Notes under the pieces: generated by a model
What the model was told of the DNA's origin: nothing
Databases searched by the model: none
What the model saw: only the letters and a program-made list of their open reading frames with translations
Assembly: GCF_006345805.1 (NCBI RefSeq)
Contig: NC_043003.1
Span: 86,056,001 to 86,120,000 of the forward strand
DNA length: 64,000 bases
Source of the DNA: Octopus sinensis
Lineage: Eukaryota
Reading direction: 5' to 3'
Shown: positions 14,503 through 28,559 of the stretch, one piece after another
Numbering within the stretch: position 1 is the first letter of the stretch
Layout of the letters: every line of letters starts with the position of its first letter
Translations under genes and position numbers: made by a program

Positions 14503-14900
14503 ATTTTCTACTCTAGGCACAAGGAACGAAATTTAGAGGGAGGGAGCCAGTCGATTAGATCGACCCCTGTACGTAACTGGTACTTAATTCATCGACCTCG
14601 AAATGATGAAAGGCAAAGTCGACCGCGGCCGAATTTGAACTCACAACGTAAAGATAGACGAAATACCTATTTCTTTACTACCCACAAGGAGCTAAACACA
14701 GAGGGGAGAAACAAGGACAGACAAGCGAATTAAGTCGATTATATCGACCCCAGTGCGTAATTGGTACTTAATTTATCGACCCCGAACGGATGGAAGGCAA
14801 AGTCGACCTCGGCGGAATTTGAACTCACAACGTAAAGACAGACGAAATATCGCTAAGCATTTCGTCCGACGTGCTAACGATTCTGCCAGCTTGCCACCCT
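14503..14900 (-). mobile_element. SINE family D with duplicated central domain
   Basis: Two copies of ATCGACC(C/T)CGAA..GATG(A/G)AAGGCAAAGTCGACC; related pieces at about 1625, 20850, 30240, 33070, 59199, 59445 and 63130. Confidence 0.7.
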
Positions 14901-16329
14901 ATTTAATATAAATATATTAGTGATGAGAAATGCTAAATAGTAGACGCATCGATGTTAAATGCACGCCATAACAAGCTGACTGGAGGCTTCCATGTGATGG
15001 TTTGAACTGTTCGAAATAGCAGTAAAATCTCCAATTCACTCGTTATTATTATAAACATCACGGAAACATTGCATAAATGTAATCTTGGAGTCGTTTGGAA
15101 TGAGCACCACTGGAACACCCTTGCATATATATCTAATGGTTCTGGAACAACTTAGCGATACGCAACAACCTCGAAAGCAGCATGGAAAACTCATCCGTCA
15201 ATGTATTGAGAACAACCCACACCAGTGTCGATTTAATCTGTTATCCCTCTGGAGTCGATAAGTATAGATATTCAATGGAATATTCTTATTTCAAACAAAT
15301 TTATCGCATTGTCCTAATGCACGAAATACATATTAAATGATTGATTATCGAGTCGTTAACTGTCAGCTCGTCGGAAACAATATATGTTTTGGGGAAACAG
15401 ACACAACAAATAATTTTTCTATTTATTTAAAGTCAATAAAATCTGTACGAGTGTGAGTCAAAGTTTTATGCCCTTTCCTATCAAATATTGGCCTTGTACT
15501 AAGACAATGGAAAGCCAACTATGAAATTTTTTACAGAGAAAAATTACTAATACTATCAGAAAAAAAGGTGTTTTTTTCAAATTTGCGGGAGACTTTGCTT
15601 CAGCAGAGAACAAAATTAGTTTCATATTCAACAGTTAGTAGAAGAAAACATTCAGAAATCAATTAAAATGTAAAATCAATTTGTTTTGTCTTTATTTTGA
15701 CTGGGTGTATTATTTAAATCTAGAAATATATTAGAACCGTTTTGTATGAAGGAAAGACATATGAGATACGAATAAAATAAGAAATTTGTCATTAGTAAAA
15801 CTAATTCGTGTCCTGAATTATTTTATAAGATATTAAACAATTTATTTTGCTCCGAAAAATCATTCCTGATAATTTAGGTCGAATAATCAAGCATGTTATA
15901 CGGTTTCATAACAACAACAACAGCAACAAAAAATAATGATCAATTGATTTCACCACTATTATATTCGCTAGTAGATTTGCCGTTATAGTAGAACGCTAGA
16001 TAAGTTATTTCCTTGCAGTATTTAGTAATATCTCACTCCACTCTAATTTGAAATGTTTTCTTGATTAATTTTCTTTTGTCTTTTTAATTTTGAAGAGAGT
16101 GTCCCAATAATGTATTATAAGTTCTTTGATCGACATTCCGCGCCTGTATAATGTTGGTTGAAGCAGATTTACTGGACGGTCAACCCTACCAAATAAAATG
16201 TGGCAGAACTCCTATTTGGCGGATAGGTGGAGAGTGAACGGTCTCTAGGTATATAGATATGCGATAGATATGAAAACAAGCCGTTTGGAACACAAACTGC
16301 TGTTTGGCAAGGAATAACACACAACAGCC

Positions 16330-17450
16330 AGGGTCTGACGGAATCTGTGCAGGTGTCTGAAATATGGGGGTAACAAAATGTTTGATCTCTTAAATATATT
16401 AATTTGTCAATGTTGGAGAACTGAGAAAGTGCCTCAAGACTGGATTGATGCCATTATAGCCTCCATAAATCGAAGTCAAAGGATCTGTGTGGTAATTTTC
16501 GTGGGATTTCGCTTTTGTCTGTGGTTGGAAAGATACTTGCCTGCATTTTGTTAGAACGTTTAAATACCTTCATAGTTCCAAATATAGTGTCTGAGTTTCA
16601 GTGTGGTCTTCGTTCTTCCAGGGGCACAGCTGATTGTATCTTTATTATCAGACAATTACAAGAAAAGTGCATTGAACAGAATCTTGCTCTATACCATTGC
16701 TTTGTTGATTTGCGCAAAGCATTCGATACGGTTAATCTAAATGCTCTGTGGCTAATTCTAAGGAAAATAGGTTGCCCAGAAAAATGTGTAAACATGATCA
16801 GAGCTTTGCATCAAGATATGAGAGTTAGAGTTAACTTTGGTGGTAGGCTGCTTGGTGCACCTGCCCTCTTTGCAATATACTTTGTTGTGTTGTCACATGC
16901 TTTTCAAAACTCTGAGGAGAGTATTTACATAAACTATCGAACAACGGAGAATGTTTTTAATCTGACCAGATTGAAATTCAAAACAAAGGTTTTTATTTCA
17001 CTTATTAAGGAACTTTTATACGCTAACGATTGCGATTTTGTCAGTCATTCTGAAATAGGTCTGCAATGTCTTGTATCTGCATTTGACTCAGCTTGTGATG
17101 ATTTTGGCTTGACCATCAACTTGAAAAAAAAACCCCAGTTGTAATGCATTAACCTACGTGTGGTGCTGTAATCCCACTAAAATTTTTCTTAAGGGTAAGT
17201 TACTTGAGGTTGTCGAGTCGTTCATCTACCTTGGAAGGTCTTACAAAATAATGGAAATCTTGATACAGAAATACAGCTGCGAATTCAAAGGCCAGCTGAA
17301 GCATTTGGTGGTTTGGAGCAACGCGTTTGGTGCCAGTGACATATAATTAACAATACAAAGCTGGCTCTTTACAAATCATTTGTCTTACCATACCTGTTGT
17401 ACTCTTGTGAAACATGGACTTGTTATGAAAGACATTTTAAATTGTTAGAT
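16330..17450 (+). mobile_element. RTE-clade LINE reverse transcriptase relic
   Basis: SLLSVVGKILA...QCGLRSSRGTAD...FVDLRKAFDTV; YADD decayed to YAND; internal deletion after VRVNFGG; frameshifts. Confidence 0.9.
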
Positions 17451-17459
17451 GTGAAAGGT

Positions 17460-17870
17460 AGCGATTGAACATATTACTGGCATACGCCGGACCTCCTCTG
17501 AAAGAGAATCTAACTAAAAACTAGTCAAGATAAAATTATTATCTTATATTTGTTGTCCATATGTCCCATCAGTAATGAAAATGTACGCCTGCGGTCTTAC
17601 GTGCTGTATAAAATCACGTGTTGCAAATATAAGGAATTCTACATGGGAAGTACTATCAGACAGGTTCCCATACGGGTTAAAGAACACTCCTATGTTAATG
17701 CTTCTTCTATCAAAAAACACCTACGGAAATGCCACACACACGCTATTCAGATTTCCATTGCAACTACTGAAACATTGAACGCTTGAGAATAAAAGAAACC
17801 AGCTTAATTAACAAATGCAAAGCACACATTAACAACAGAACCAATCTGAACGCAGCTGTTTGGATACTAT
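17460..17870 (+). mobile_element. Penelope-like element GIY-YIG endonuclease relic
   Basis: VLYKITCCKYKEFYMGSTIRQVPIRVKEH matches the PLE GIY-YIG pattern VxYxxxCxxC...YIGxTxR...RxKEH. Confidence 0.85.
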
Positions 17871-18177
17871 AGCAACAAAAACACACACACATTCAAGCAC
17901 AAGCACGTACACACGCACACAGATCCACACACACACACACTACCGGACAGAAATACCAGCTCAGAAGACCATTTCTCTGAAGATTTCCTAAAGAAGGGGT
18001 CTTAACTCTGAATATAGATATATAAAATAAAAGTACAAAACATCGACCTGTATTATTTTTTAAAAGCTTGCATTTTTTCTTTATAAAATATAATTACATA
18101 CCCACAATCTCTCTCTCCCTCTCTCTCTCTCTCTATCTCATACACACATATGCGCAAACATACATACATATATACAT

Positions 18178-18213
<36 letters not shown>

Positions 18214-18224
18214 CATGGTACTCA

Positions 18225-18564
18225 GTCGATCAACGGAACAGCCTGCCCGTGAAATTAACGTGTAAGTGGCTAAGCTCTCCACAGACACGTGTACCCATAA
18301 CATAGTTCTCAGGGAGATTCCGCGTAACACAGAGTGTGACAAGGCTGGCCCTTTGAAATACAGGTACAACAGAAACAGGGAGAAAGAGTGAGAGAAAGTT
18401 GGGGCGAAAGAGTACAGCAGAGTTCACCACCACCCCCTGCCGGAGCCTCGTGAAGCTTTAGGTTTTTTTTTGCTCAATAAACACTCACAGCACCCAATCT
18501 GGGAATCGAAACTGCGATCCTGTGAGAGCGAGTCCGCCACCCTAGGCACTCGGCCATTGCGCTT

Positions 18565-18566
<2 letters not shown>
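18225..18566 (-). mobile_element. SINE family B, diverged
   Basis: Reverse-complement homology to the 9409 and 41831 copies. Confidence 0.8.
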
Positions 18567-18653
<87 letters not shown>

Positions 18654-18701
18654 AGCAAAAATGCTAGTTCTCTCTAAGACATCAAAGCAGTAGTTGTACT
18701 G

Positions 18702-19266
18702 ACAAGAGATATTCGTAGCCACTTTAACACGGCTGTCCGTTCGAGCGGACTCTACTGCGACTTCTTAACACCAAGAAGACATTTCCTTTAGCCGATTAAG
18801 GATAAAACTGCGAGCAGCGGAGCGAACTCCTACCATCTGCTAGCGACGAGACTATTAGACCAGTCCCAGTTTCGGGCTATTTCTGCCACTCTTCAGTACT
18901 GGACACCTCGTGTGCTAGTGATGATAGCACCTCGCCTCTACACGCAATATATATATTTCAAGCGAACACACAGTCGCTGATTTTTCATAAGCAAAAATGC
19001 TAGTTCTAAAATATCTCCAAGAGATCAACGGAGTAGCGAGTTGCTATCATCTCTAGCAGACGAGATGTCCAGTACTGAGGAGTAGGACTGGTCTACTGGT
19101 CCCGTTGCTAGGAGATGGTAGGGATTCGCTCCCCTGCTCGCAATCATATCGGGTGCTGCTGTGCATTGTTAACCAGTTAGAAGAGATGTCCTCTTGGCGT
19201 TAAAAAATCGCAGTAGAGTTCCATCGAACGGACAGCCGTGTTAAAGTGGCTACGAATATGTCTTAT
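18702..19266. mobile_element. Fold-back element with two degenerate hammerhead motifs
   Basis: Imperfect inverted arms of about 235 bp; direct repeat ATAAGCAAAAATGCTAGTTCT near 18650 and 18987; hammerhead-like motifs at 18852-18902 (-) and 19069-19099 (+). Confidence 0.7.
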
Positions 19267-19578
19267 ATATATACATATATAAGTATATATGTATATATAT
19301 AAGATATAATATATATATAAAGTATATATGTATAAATATAAGATAAATTTTGCGGATGTACAAGTCTCCATACTCTTTATTATTATTATTATTAATATGT
19401 GTCTTCTTCATCTTAAAGAAAAAAAATTGCAACAATCTGTTAGGCGAGATCTGTAAGGCGGAGATTGATTATACAACTACTATATGCCGGACCTTCTCTG
19501 AAGAGGAATCTAATTAAAACAAGTAAAGTAAAATCATCGTAAGTTCGTTGCCCATCTGATATATATACATATATATGT

Positions 19579-19620
<42 letters not shown>

Positions 19621-19632
19621 ATACACACATAA

Positions 19633-19701
<69 letters not shown>

Positions 19702-19736
19702 CATACATATATACATACATACATACACACACACAC

Positions 19737-19785
<49 letters not shown>

Positions 19786-20290
19786 ACACACACACACATA
19801 TATATATATATATTTATAGGTGTTGGAAAATCCCCGGTCAAACTCGATTGTACAGTTATCTGATCAAAGTGACCCTTTCCCTGACCATCCGTATATTCCA
19901 GTGTAGCTTAAGTTACATTACCATAGGAGTTCTTCCTATTTAGAGACACCAGCGTATGATTTAACGGAGGTTTCGTTGGCATTTCAAGTAATTTAGGTGA
20001 CCACAGAGGGCTCACAATCCTGTTCAATACACACGTTGTATTGTCGACGAATATAGATAACACACAGTTGAAAGTTATTAAAGCTTCTCTCCGTAGTTAT
20101 ACCCGCTCATATTTCTCTACAAGGAGACGAACATCACAAGTTTTTTTTTTATATTTGCAAATGTTTAAAAAGTACATTCAACTTTCATAAGAAGGATTTT
20201 CGATCTTCTTTTTATTTATCTATTCACACTTGCGCGCGCACTTAAGCACATACACACAAGCACGCACATGCATATGTATATTATACTTAC

Positions 20291-20434
20291 ATTCTATCCA
20301 GCATTGGCATTCCACTGAATGCATGACGACCAAAAGATCTAATAAAATTGCCTTTTACTTCTAGCTCAATAAGACGTGGGTTGTGTATGAAGCTGTGATC
20401 TGGTATGTAAATAATATTGTTTGTTTTCAGTTGT
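20291..20434 (-). CDS. Double-LRR exon (144 bp) of the same LGR-like gene
   Basis: ttgcag|...|gtaagt, phase 2-2. Encodes QLKTNNIIYIPDHSFIHNPRLIELEVKGNFIRSFGRHAFSGMPMLDR, resembling the LGR5 segment [46 protein letters not shown] as recalled. Confidence 0.9.
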
Positions 20435-22815
20435 CTGCAAGATAATATGAAAACTGCATCAGGATTAATACCAAATAAACGTAATATCAACGTTAAGTTT
20501 TTCTTTTATTTAGAAATAAACATTATTGTTACAGCGCCTCATGTTATGGCAACAATACCAAGGATAATAACTCGAAATAATTGCTTTTTTGCCCTTTTGA
20601 TTTTACGTTTTCGCTCGTAGTATTTGCAAGATATTTTCTGAAGAGTATTAGCTAAAATGGTTGGATATAGTTACAAGAAGAGATATCCGGAGGTTGCTAG
20701 CTTAATAAGAGCGATCAAAGAATAATAGACAAGTATTGGCAATATGAAGTAAGGTATGGTCAACGTTCTAGTGTCGGTATACTCGATTATTCCACCTGTT
20801 CAATTTCTGCTTTTTATTTTTGGCTCAAGTTAAAAGCAAGTAATATTCCTTTCTATTATAGGCACAAAGCCTGAAATTTTCGAGAAGTGGTCTAGTTGAT
20901 TACATCGATTCTAGTGCTTGACTGGTACTATGTTATCAGCCCCAAAGTGATGAAACGCAAAATTGATCTTGGTGAAATTTGAAATCATAACATCATGACG
21001 GACGAAATGCTTAGCAGTATTTCTCATTGTTCTGAGCTAAAATTCCACCAAGGTTGAGTTTGCCTTTCTTCCGTTCGAGGTTGATTAAAAAAATAGCAGT
21101 AAAGTACTGGGACCATTAAGATCGATTAACTCACTCACTAAAACTGTTGACTTTGAGCCAAAACTAGAAATAATTACTATAAATAATCGTGATCTGAAAG
21201 AGATGAAAATCCAATTTTTACTCCCGTCGTGTCAGCGCCAGTGGACCGTATGAACGTGTAAAGATAACTAACTTAAGTGTTAATAATTCTAATCCTGACT
21301 TTACCCTGTGCTAGATCAATACCCAAGAGACACTTTGCTTATTCTTTTACTCGCCAAATGTAACCACGTATCATATCTGTTCACAATTTGCTAAATAGTA
21401 TTCAGTTAGCGTGCAACATTGAATTTGATAGTATTTTCGTAGCTCCCGAGGAAACTGCAAAATGCCATGCTAGTACTTAATGTAACTGTAAACTGAAAGC
21501 ACTTCGTATTATAATGGATTGAGTCAGAGACTACAAGCCTGTCTCTTGGTTAAAAATTTTCCATAGAATAAATCGATTTTGCATCAATATGTTCTTCCTG
21601 TAATACAATTTTTTCGCTCGTTTCGTTCCCAAGCTGTCAGATTTTAAGAATATTTTGTTTTCATCTATAAATTATTTTCTTACAAAATGCTAGTTGTATT
21701 TGAAAATTCCGAATTCATTCCTCGTGGGATTACAATACGTCAATCTTTATCTAATTTATGAATGACAGCCAAGTATCTCGTTATTTTGTAAGGTATATTT
21801 GAAGTAATATATTTTCAATAGAAAAATAATGAATTAAAGAATTTCATTGTTGAATAATTAATGGAATATTAAATGTTGTTTTTTAGATTTCCAGATCTCA
21901 TGGAAAGAGAATAGTTCTTTCTGAGAAAGAAACAATTTAATTTGTTCAATTATTAACGCAAGTGATAATATTCATTCTTCATACATGTATGAATCAAAAT
22001 TTTATGAAGAAGCAGTATCAAAAGACTGGGTGGCAGTAAATACTAATGACGTATGTGTATGAAAAGTTAGATGGACGAATAGTTGAAAAGCAATGCGTAT
22101 GTTACTCTGCCCTTTTGTCTGTCTGTCTGTCTCCCTTCCTGTATTTGTTGATATACACTGCATAGATAGCTATATATGATTGTTCTCGTGATCATTGTCT
22201 TAAGTGAAATGTCCACTCGTCGATGGGTGTCCTCACTTAAGAAGTTTCAAGTGTAATGGATTGTTTCACACAAGCCCCCACACGTATCCTATAATCCGAC
22301 ACAGTACAAATCCAACCACAAAACAGACAAAAACTTCAGTTCCATCCGAAATTAGTTAATGGAGTGCTTCCTCGTGGCTTCCAAGTGTCAAGGGTGTCAT
22401 TATACGCTAATATGTAACAAGGAAATTCTACGGTTAAGGTATTCTGATATCTGCTTGAAGGAAAAGTTTTTGACCATTCAAGATTACGACCATGATATTT
22501 GTCAAGACCACAATACAGGCAATTCTTACGAAATACGGATCTGTTGGTTGCTTATTCGTGAAGTTTCATTATAATCACGTGTATAATCACGTGTATTATT
22601 CAGTATAGCCATACGCATAATTTAATTGAAACAGAGATCGTCGTTAATTTTTTTGTGCTCATATAGGTGCAGGCGTGGCTTCACAATCACATGCTTTCTG
22701 GTTCAGTCCTACTGCGAGGCAACTGAGCAAATAACTTCTACTATAGCTTCAAGTAGGCTAAAGCCTTGTGAGAGGATTTGGTAGACGGAAACTGAAAGAA
22801 TCCTGTGTATATATA

Positions 22816-24258
22816 CAGGAGTTGGACAAAATAATGGAAACACCGAGCATCATAGCATCATAAGTTTGAAATATCTATAAAACCGTTGAAAGCTTGCTTA
22901 TTGTTATGTTTTTTTTTATTTATTGTTAGTGTTGCTTAATATTAAATCTTTGAACGAGGTATAAACAGTAGCTGCACGACAATGTGAAGTATATTTGCCA
23001 CTTAAATGTGGCTAACCACTAAGACTGGATGCTACTGTAGGATTTGACAGGGCACAGAAAGTGTGTCAATAGCCAGCTGGAGAAAATGTTCTCCTGGAGC
23101 TACAAGCTACAGTAACGTCCACCCTTAGTGGTTAGCCACATTTAAGTGGCAAATATACTTCACGTTGCTTAATATGTTTTGCTAAAATTGCTGTTTCTTT
23201 TCAAATATCAAAAAAAGGTAATTAAAATTCATTAAAATGACAGATCTATCGAACTTTCAAGGAGGTCAAATTGTTGGTGCTCGCATGGCAGGCGCTAGCG
23301 TAACGAAAACAGCCGAAATGTTTGGTGTGTCAAGAAATACTGTATCAAAAGTAATAACAGCCTTCGAGAAAGAGGGAAAAACCTCCTAGTCGAAACAAAA
23401 CTGTGGAAGAAAACCAAAACTTTCAGATAGGGACCGTTGGATTCTTACGCGAATTGCTAGAAAGGATCATGAAAGTACAGCTCCCAAAATTACTGCAGAG
23501 CTTAATGACCACTTCGAGAACCAGTTTTCCACAAAATCTATTCACCGGGAGCGGCACAAAGTCGCATTTCACAGGAGGGCTGCAATCAGAAAACAACTAC
23601 TTTCAAAAACAAACGTTGCAAAGCGTTTAGAGTGGGAGTAAAAACCTACAGAATTGGTCCCTAGAGCAGTGGAAGAGAATGTTATTTTCTCGGATGAGTC
23701 ATCTTTTACCTTATTTCCGACCACATGTGGAGACAGTCAAAAGAAGCATTTGGCCTAGACTACCATTTTCCAACTGTTGAACATGGAAGAGGATCTATGA
23801 TGATTTTTTTTTTGGGGGGGGGGGGGGCTATATCTTGAAAATCCGCCTGCCCAATGGCATTCTATCTGATCAAATTCATTCTAGGAGGGAAACGCTAGTT
23901 TTAAGGATGATAATGCGCCAATTCACTCAGCTGAAGTTGTTACTGAATGGCACGAGGAACATTGTAGTCAAGATGAACATCTTATCTGGCCATCATAGTC
24001 CCTGGATCTCAATATTATTGAACATTTATAGTGCATTAAAAAAAAGTAAGGAGGTGATATCCTACACCATCATCACTATAAGACTTGGAGACTATTTTAG
24101 CTGAAGAATGGACAAAAATTGCTTTGGAAACAAAACTTCGTACGAGTCCATACCTCGTAGAATTCAAGCTGTAATTACTGCAAAAGGCGGTGCTACCCCA
24201 TGCTAAAATAAATTTGTTTGAAAATTTAAGGTGTTTCCATTAGTTTGTTCAACCCCTG
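22816..24258 (+). mobile_element. Tc1-like transposon, full span, defective
   Basis: TIRs CAGGAGTTGGACAAAATAATGGAAACACC / GGTGTTTCCATTAGTTTGTTCAACCCCTG with TA target duplication; transposase relic 23237-24206 (MTDLSNFQGGQIVGAR...CGRKPKLS...FSDES...DDNAPIH...GGATPC*). Confidence 0.92.
22943..23163. mobile_element. Small inverted-repeat insertion inside the Tc1
   Basis: Perfect 40-bp IR 22984-23023 / 23124-23163; 12-bp direct repeat GTTGCTTAATAT at 22931-42 and 23164-75; a related partial copy in reverse orientation at about 43170-43290. Confidence 0.7.
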
Positions 24259-24270
24259 TATATGTATATA

Positions 24271-24330
<60 letters not shown>

Positions 24331-25498
24331 CGTGTGTGTGTCTTTGTGTCTGTGATCTACCTCAGTACCGCTTGACAACCGGTGTTTGTGTGTTTACGTC
24401 CCCGTTACTTAGTGGTTCGGTAAAATAGCTCGATAGAATAAGTACCAGGCTTAGAAAATATACTGAGGCCGATTCATTCGACTAAGAATTCTTCGAGCTG
24501 GTGCTCCAGCATGGCTGCAGTCTATTAACTGAAGCAAGTAAAACATAAAAGATGAAAGATATGCAAAAGCCCGATAACACAATCCTGAATACTGTTATGT
24601 CTGACCAGAAAGGTCGAGTCGTCACAGCTAGAGCACATTTGCACATAGATATGCTCGCTCAAAGCTGGCCCCCCAAATAAAACAATTATATCGCGTGTTC
24701 ACTTGTTTATAATTTCAAACAGAATATTTTAGAGTTCTATATTTAAGAGATGAGCAATTATGCACATTATTTACATTATTTACATTATTTGCATTCGACG
24801 GATATTACATTCGACAGATTACATTTATAAGCCCTAAAATTCACTCCATAATTGCCCACGGGCATATGGCGTAGTGGTTAAGGGCGCGGGTTACTAATCC
24901 CACGATTTTGAGTAACTTCGAAGAATACCTTAAGAATGAGAATCCAGGTTCAAAATTTCCCCAAGATACCTGAAGAAGGCTGGAGGGTATATCAGCCGAA
25001 ACGTTGTTAACAACAAACAAGATGAAGACAAATATCTGTCGAATGTAAATAATGTAAATAATGAGAATATTCTAGTGTTGAAACTAATCGACACATCTAC
25101 TTATCTGATCAACAAATAAACTGAAGAGGCAACTGTGTGGAGTTTGGGTCTGAGCTTTTGGTTACCTCAGTAGCTACGAACAGAATAAGTAGAAAATGTT
25201 GGCTTTGTTAGTATAACAGTTATAAGTAAATACATGTAGTAAAATGTGGATACTGCTATTCCTGCATAACAGCAATGTTATTAGTTTTAGGATAATTTTG
25301 TTTATCAAAAGAACACTAGGTCTAGAGCTCATTGTAGATAATTTACATAAGCAGCTTTATATGTGATATTTGTGGTGGCTTATGCTTGTTTTGCAAATGT
25401 TATGTTTGTTCTCTGTAGGCGTGAAAAAAATATATTGGTTTTCTGTTAGGCTGGAAGCCTTGATCACTAGTTTATTCATTACAAATATATATACTTAC

Positions 25499-25567
25499 AA
25501 TTTTTCCAAATTCGGTAACAATTCAATAGCATTCGGTATTTCAGACAGCCTATTTTCATTCAGTTGT
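25499..25567 (-). CDS. LRR exon (69 bp) of the same LGR-like gene
   Basis: cag|...|gtaagt, phase 2-2. Encodes QLNENRLSEIPNAIELLPNLEK(L), which resembles the LGR5 segment DLNYNNLDEFPTAIRTLSNLKEL as I recall it. Confidence 0.9.
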
Positions 25568-25887
25568 CTGTCGAATAATAAGACAAGTGACAAGTTGAAT
25601 AAAAAAAATTTTATTTGAAAGAGAAAATGTTTCCTAGCTTACAGAAAAAAATAATAATAAATACAACAAAAACTGAGTATACAGTTAAAAAATAAAATGA
25701 AATAAAAATAAACTTTTTCTTTTCCCGACAACGCAAAAAAGTAAATTGATAGCTTACTTTTAAATTGTGACTATAAGAACAATAGTCAGTGGTAATATTT
25801 GTTCGAATTGTAATGACATTTGCACATGCACTATTTTATTACAACACGTGCAGTCATTCACTATTAAGGATTCTGTTTCTCAATAAT

Positions 25888-25942
<55 letters not shown>

Positions 25943-26158
25943 CATATATACATATATATATATACATATATACATATATATATACATATATATATATATA
26001 ATATACATATATATATACATATATATACATATATAATATATATATATATACATGTATAAAATATATATGTATATATACATGTATAAAATATATATATATG
26101 TATATATATCACATATATATATCTAATATATATATTATGTATATATATATAATATATA

Positions 26159-26281
<123 letters not shown>

Positions 26282-28058
26282 TATATATATTATATATATA
26301 TATCCTTTTTTGAAGTGGAAACATCGAAAACAAAACAGGAGGGTGTAACATCGAATTTATAAAATACATGAATACATGACTGAATATTTGATTTCGGCGT
26401 AATGAAATTTGATATATAAAATATTTTTACATGAGAAAGAACTATAGCTACAGAATAGTTTTCAATGGAACAACATCGATTTGTGTTTTGTCAAAGATGA
26501 GCTTTCAGTTCTTCAATGTATAAGCTATCGGAATGTTCAGAAAACTTCATTGGTTTGTAAAATTTGTATTCATATATTGCCCGTAACGTTCTTTTACTTC
26601 TTTGTCTCTAAAATAAATACGCATTTTAATTTCAAATAAAATATTATAGCATCGAGAAAAGAAAAATATCTTTTCGGCTGAAATGTCTCTTTGATATTAT
26701 AATGAAAAAAACATTTTATTACTTTACATCGATTTATCGATCATATTTCTCTAAATAACGAATAACAATAGTGCTGCTGTTATTTGGTTTATAATACATT
26801 ATACAGCTGCTGTGAGTATATGGACAAATACGAAATATAGTTGCGTAAACATCATCTTAATTTTATTAGAAGGCAGAATAGCTGGAGAAATCATCGTCTT
26901 ACTACATAGCTGTTTCGTTAAGATGCATAGATGGACGGTCAAGAAGTTCACTTCATAACAATGCTGTTCCAGATTGGTTCTAGTGGCTCATAAACTGGAC
27001 AAATGTCATTGCAATAATCTCGGATTGACCATAGTTTGAGAGGGAAATTTTGTATACGGATGTTGTACAGAAACTAATCATTTATATGCCCGCGTGTTTG
27101 TATGTACGTCCATGTTATCATATGCTTATGTTACACCGATCTAAAACTAGTGTTACTTATCTTGTTTGTGCATGTTTCTGCCTCTATAACGTAGCAGTTC
27201 GAAAAGTAAGATTTGATAAAATAACCACTCTGATCAACAGGATCAGCTCAACCCTTTCGAGCTGTGTTCCAGCATGACCACTGTCCAATGACTGGAACCA
27301 GTAAAAGAGAAAAGAAACAAATGTCGCTCAGTAAATTTCAGTAATAATCTCCTCATCACTAAAGATCAAAACATGTTGAGTGCAATTTCTAAGAATTTCA
27401 GAAGACGTTAAAAAATGTTTTTTGGCGATGTGATAAAGCAACAATTTTTTTATTAAGAGATAAAAAGAAATACATTTTTCAATGAAATTTAGTTTCGTAT
27501 GAAGAGTAACTTTGTCCTTCATTATTCAGTGGGCAGTAAAATAAGTGTTAGCTGCGTAGTGATTGTTACTGCCACCTAAATCCTGTACGCAACTTTAACA
27601 TTACTACCGCATCCAGCAGTGTTAACATATGTAATGCTAATTCTAAATACTACAAGTATTTGATGAAGACTTTTTATAACTGCAAACAAGAGTATATATA
27701 ATTAGAGATGACCAACTATAAACAAAAGCAAGAGGGAAAAGAGTGACTTGATCAAATACATATCCTTCTTTTCATTCATTATGTTCATTGTATTTTCAGT
27801 CACGTGTGAATAATGCAATGCATAACGGATACTGAAGATAATACCATAGAAGCATCTTTTCTATTGTTAAATTCAACAGTGGGGACTAAGTACTTCTCAA
27901 CCACTCTGTCTCAGATTGTGAGCTAAACACGTTACATCATCTTTTCTGGAATTACTGTCTGGAATTTCCCGAAAAATTAACCTACATAATTTCAAGCCGA
28001 ACATCTGTAGAGCCAACCGATTCTTGATCGCAGAAACCGATGGAGGATGGTAATTATG

Positions 28059-28090
<32 letters not shown>

Positions 28091-28310
28091 TATATAAGTA
28101 GTTGAATGAATTATCCTAGTATGGATAATTCGGTTAACCGATACCTGGGTAGCAATTCCCGTCAGAAAAACACGGTTGAAGCTACATGCCAAGGGCAGAG
28201 ATCACGTGCTTTCGTGTGGAAATTTGTGTGTTTTTTAATACAAATAAATGAAAGAATGGAGTTGAACGACGACTTAAATCGTCGTTCAACTCCATTTTTT
28301 CATTTATATA

Positions 28311-28466
<156 letters not shown>

Positions 28467-28559
28467 TATTATATATATGATGTATATATATTTATGTATG
28501 TATGTATATATATATATATATATATCTACACATACATTATATATGTATATATATATAAA

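Larger units (their letters stand above)
22666..24558 (+). mobile_element. Diverged SINE family A split by the Tc1
   Basis: 5' half at 22666-22815 and 3' half at 24261-24558; the Tc1 sits at a TA in the SINE's internal microsatellite. Confidence 0.75.

Noticed and set aside
14503-14900. Direct repeats with a spacer, superficially CRISPR-like
   Set aside because: Only two units, explained by an internal SINE duplication in a eukaryotic context.
17950-18020. Possible hammerhead downstream of the PLE GIY-YIG relic
   Set aside because: The core and GAAA are too degenerate to assign a fold.
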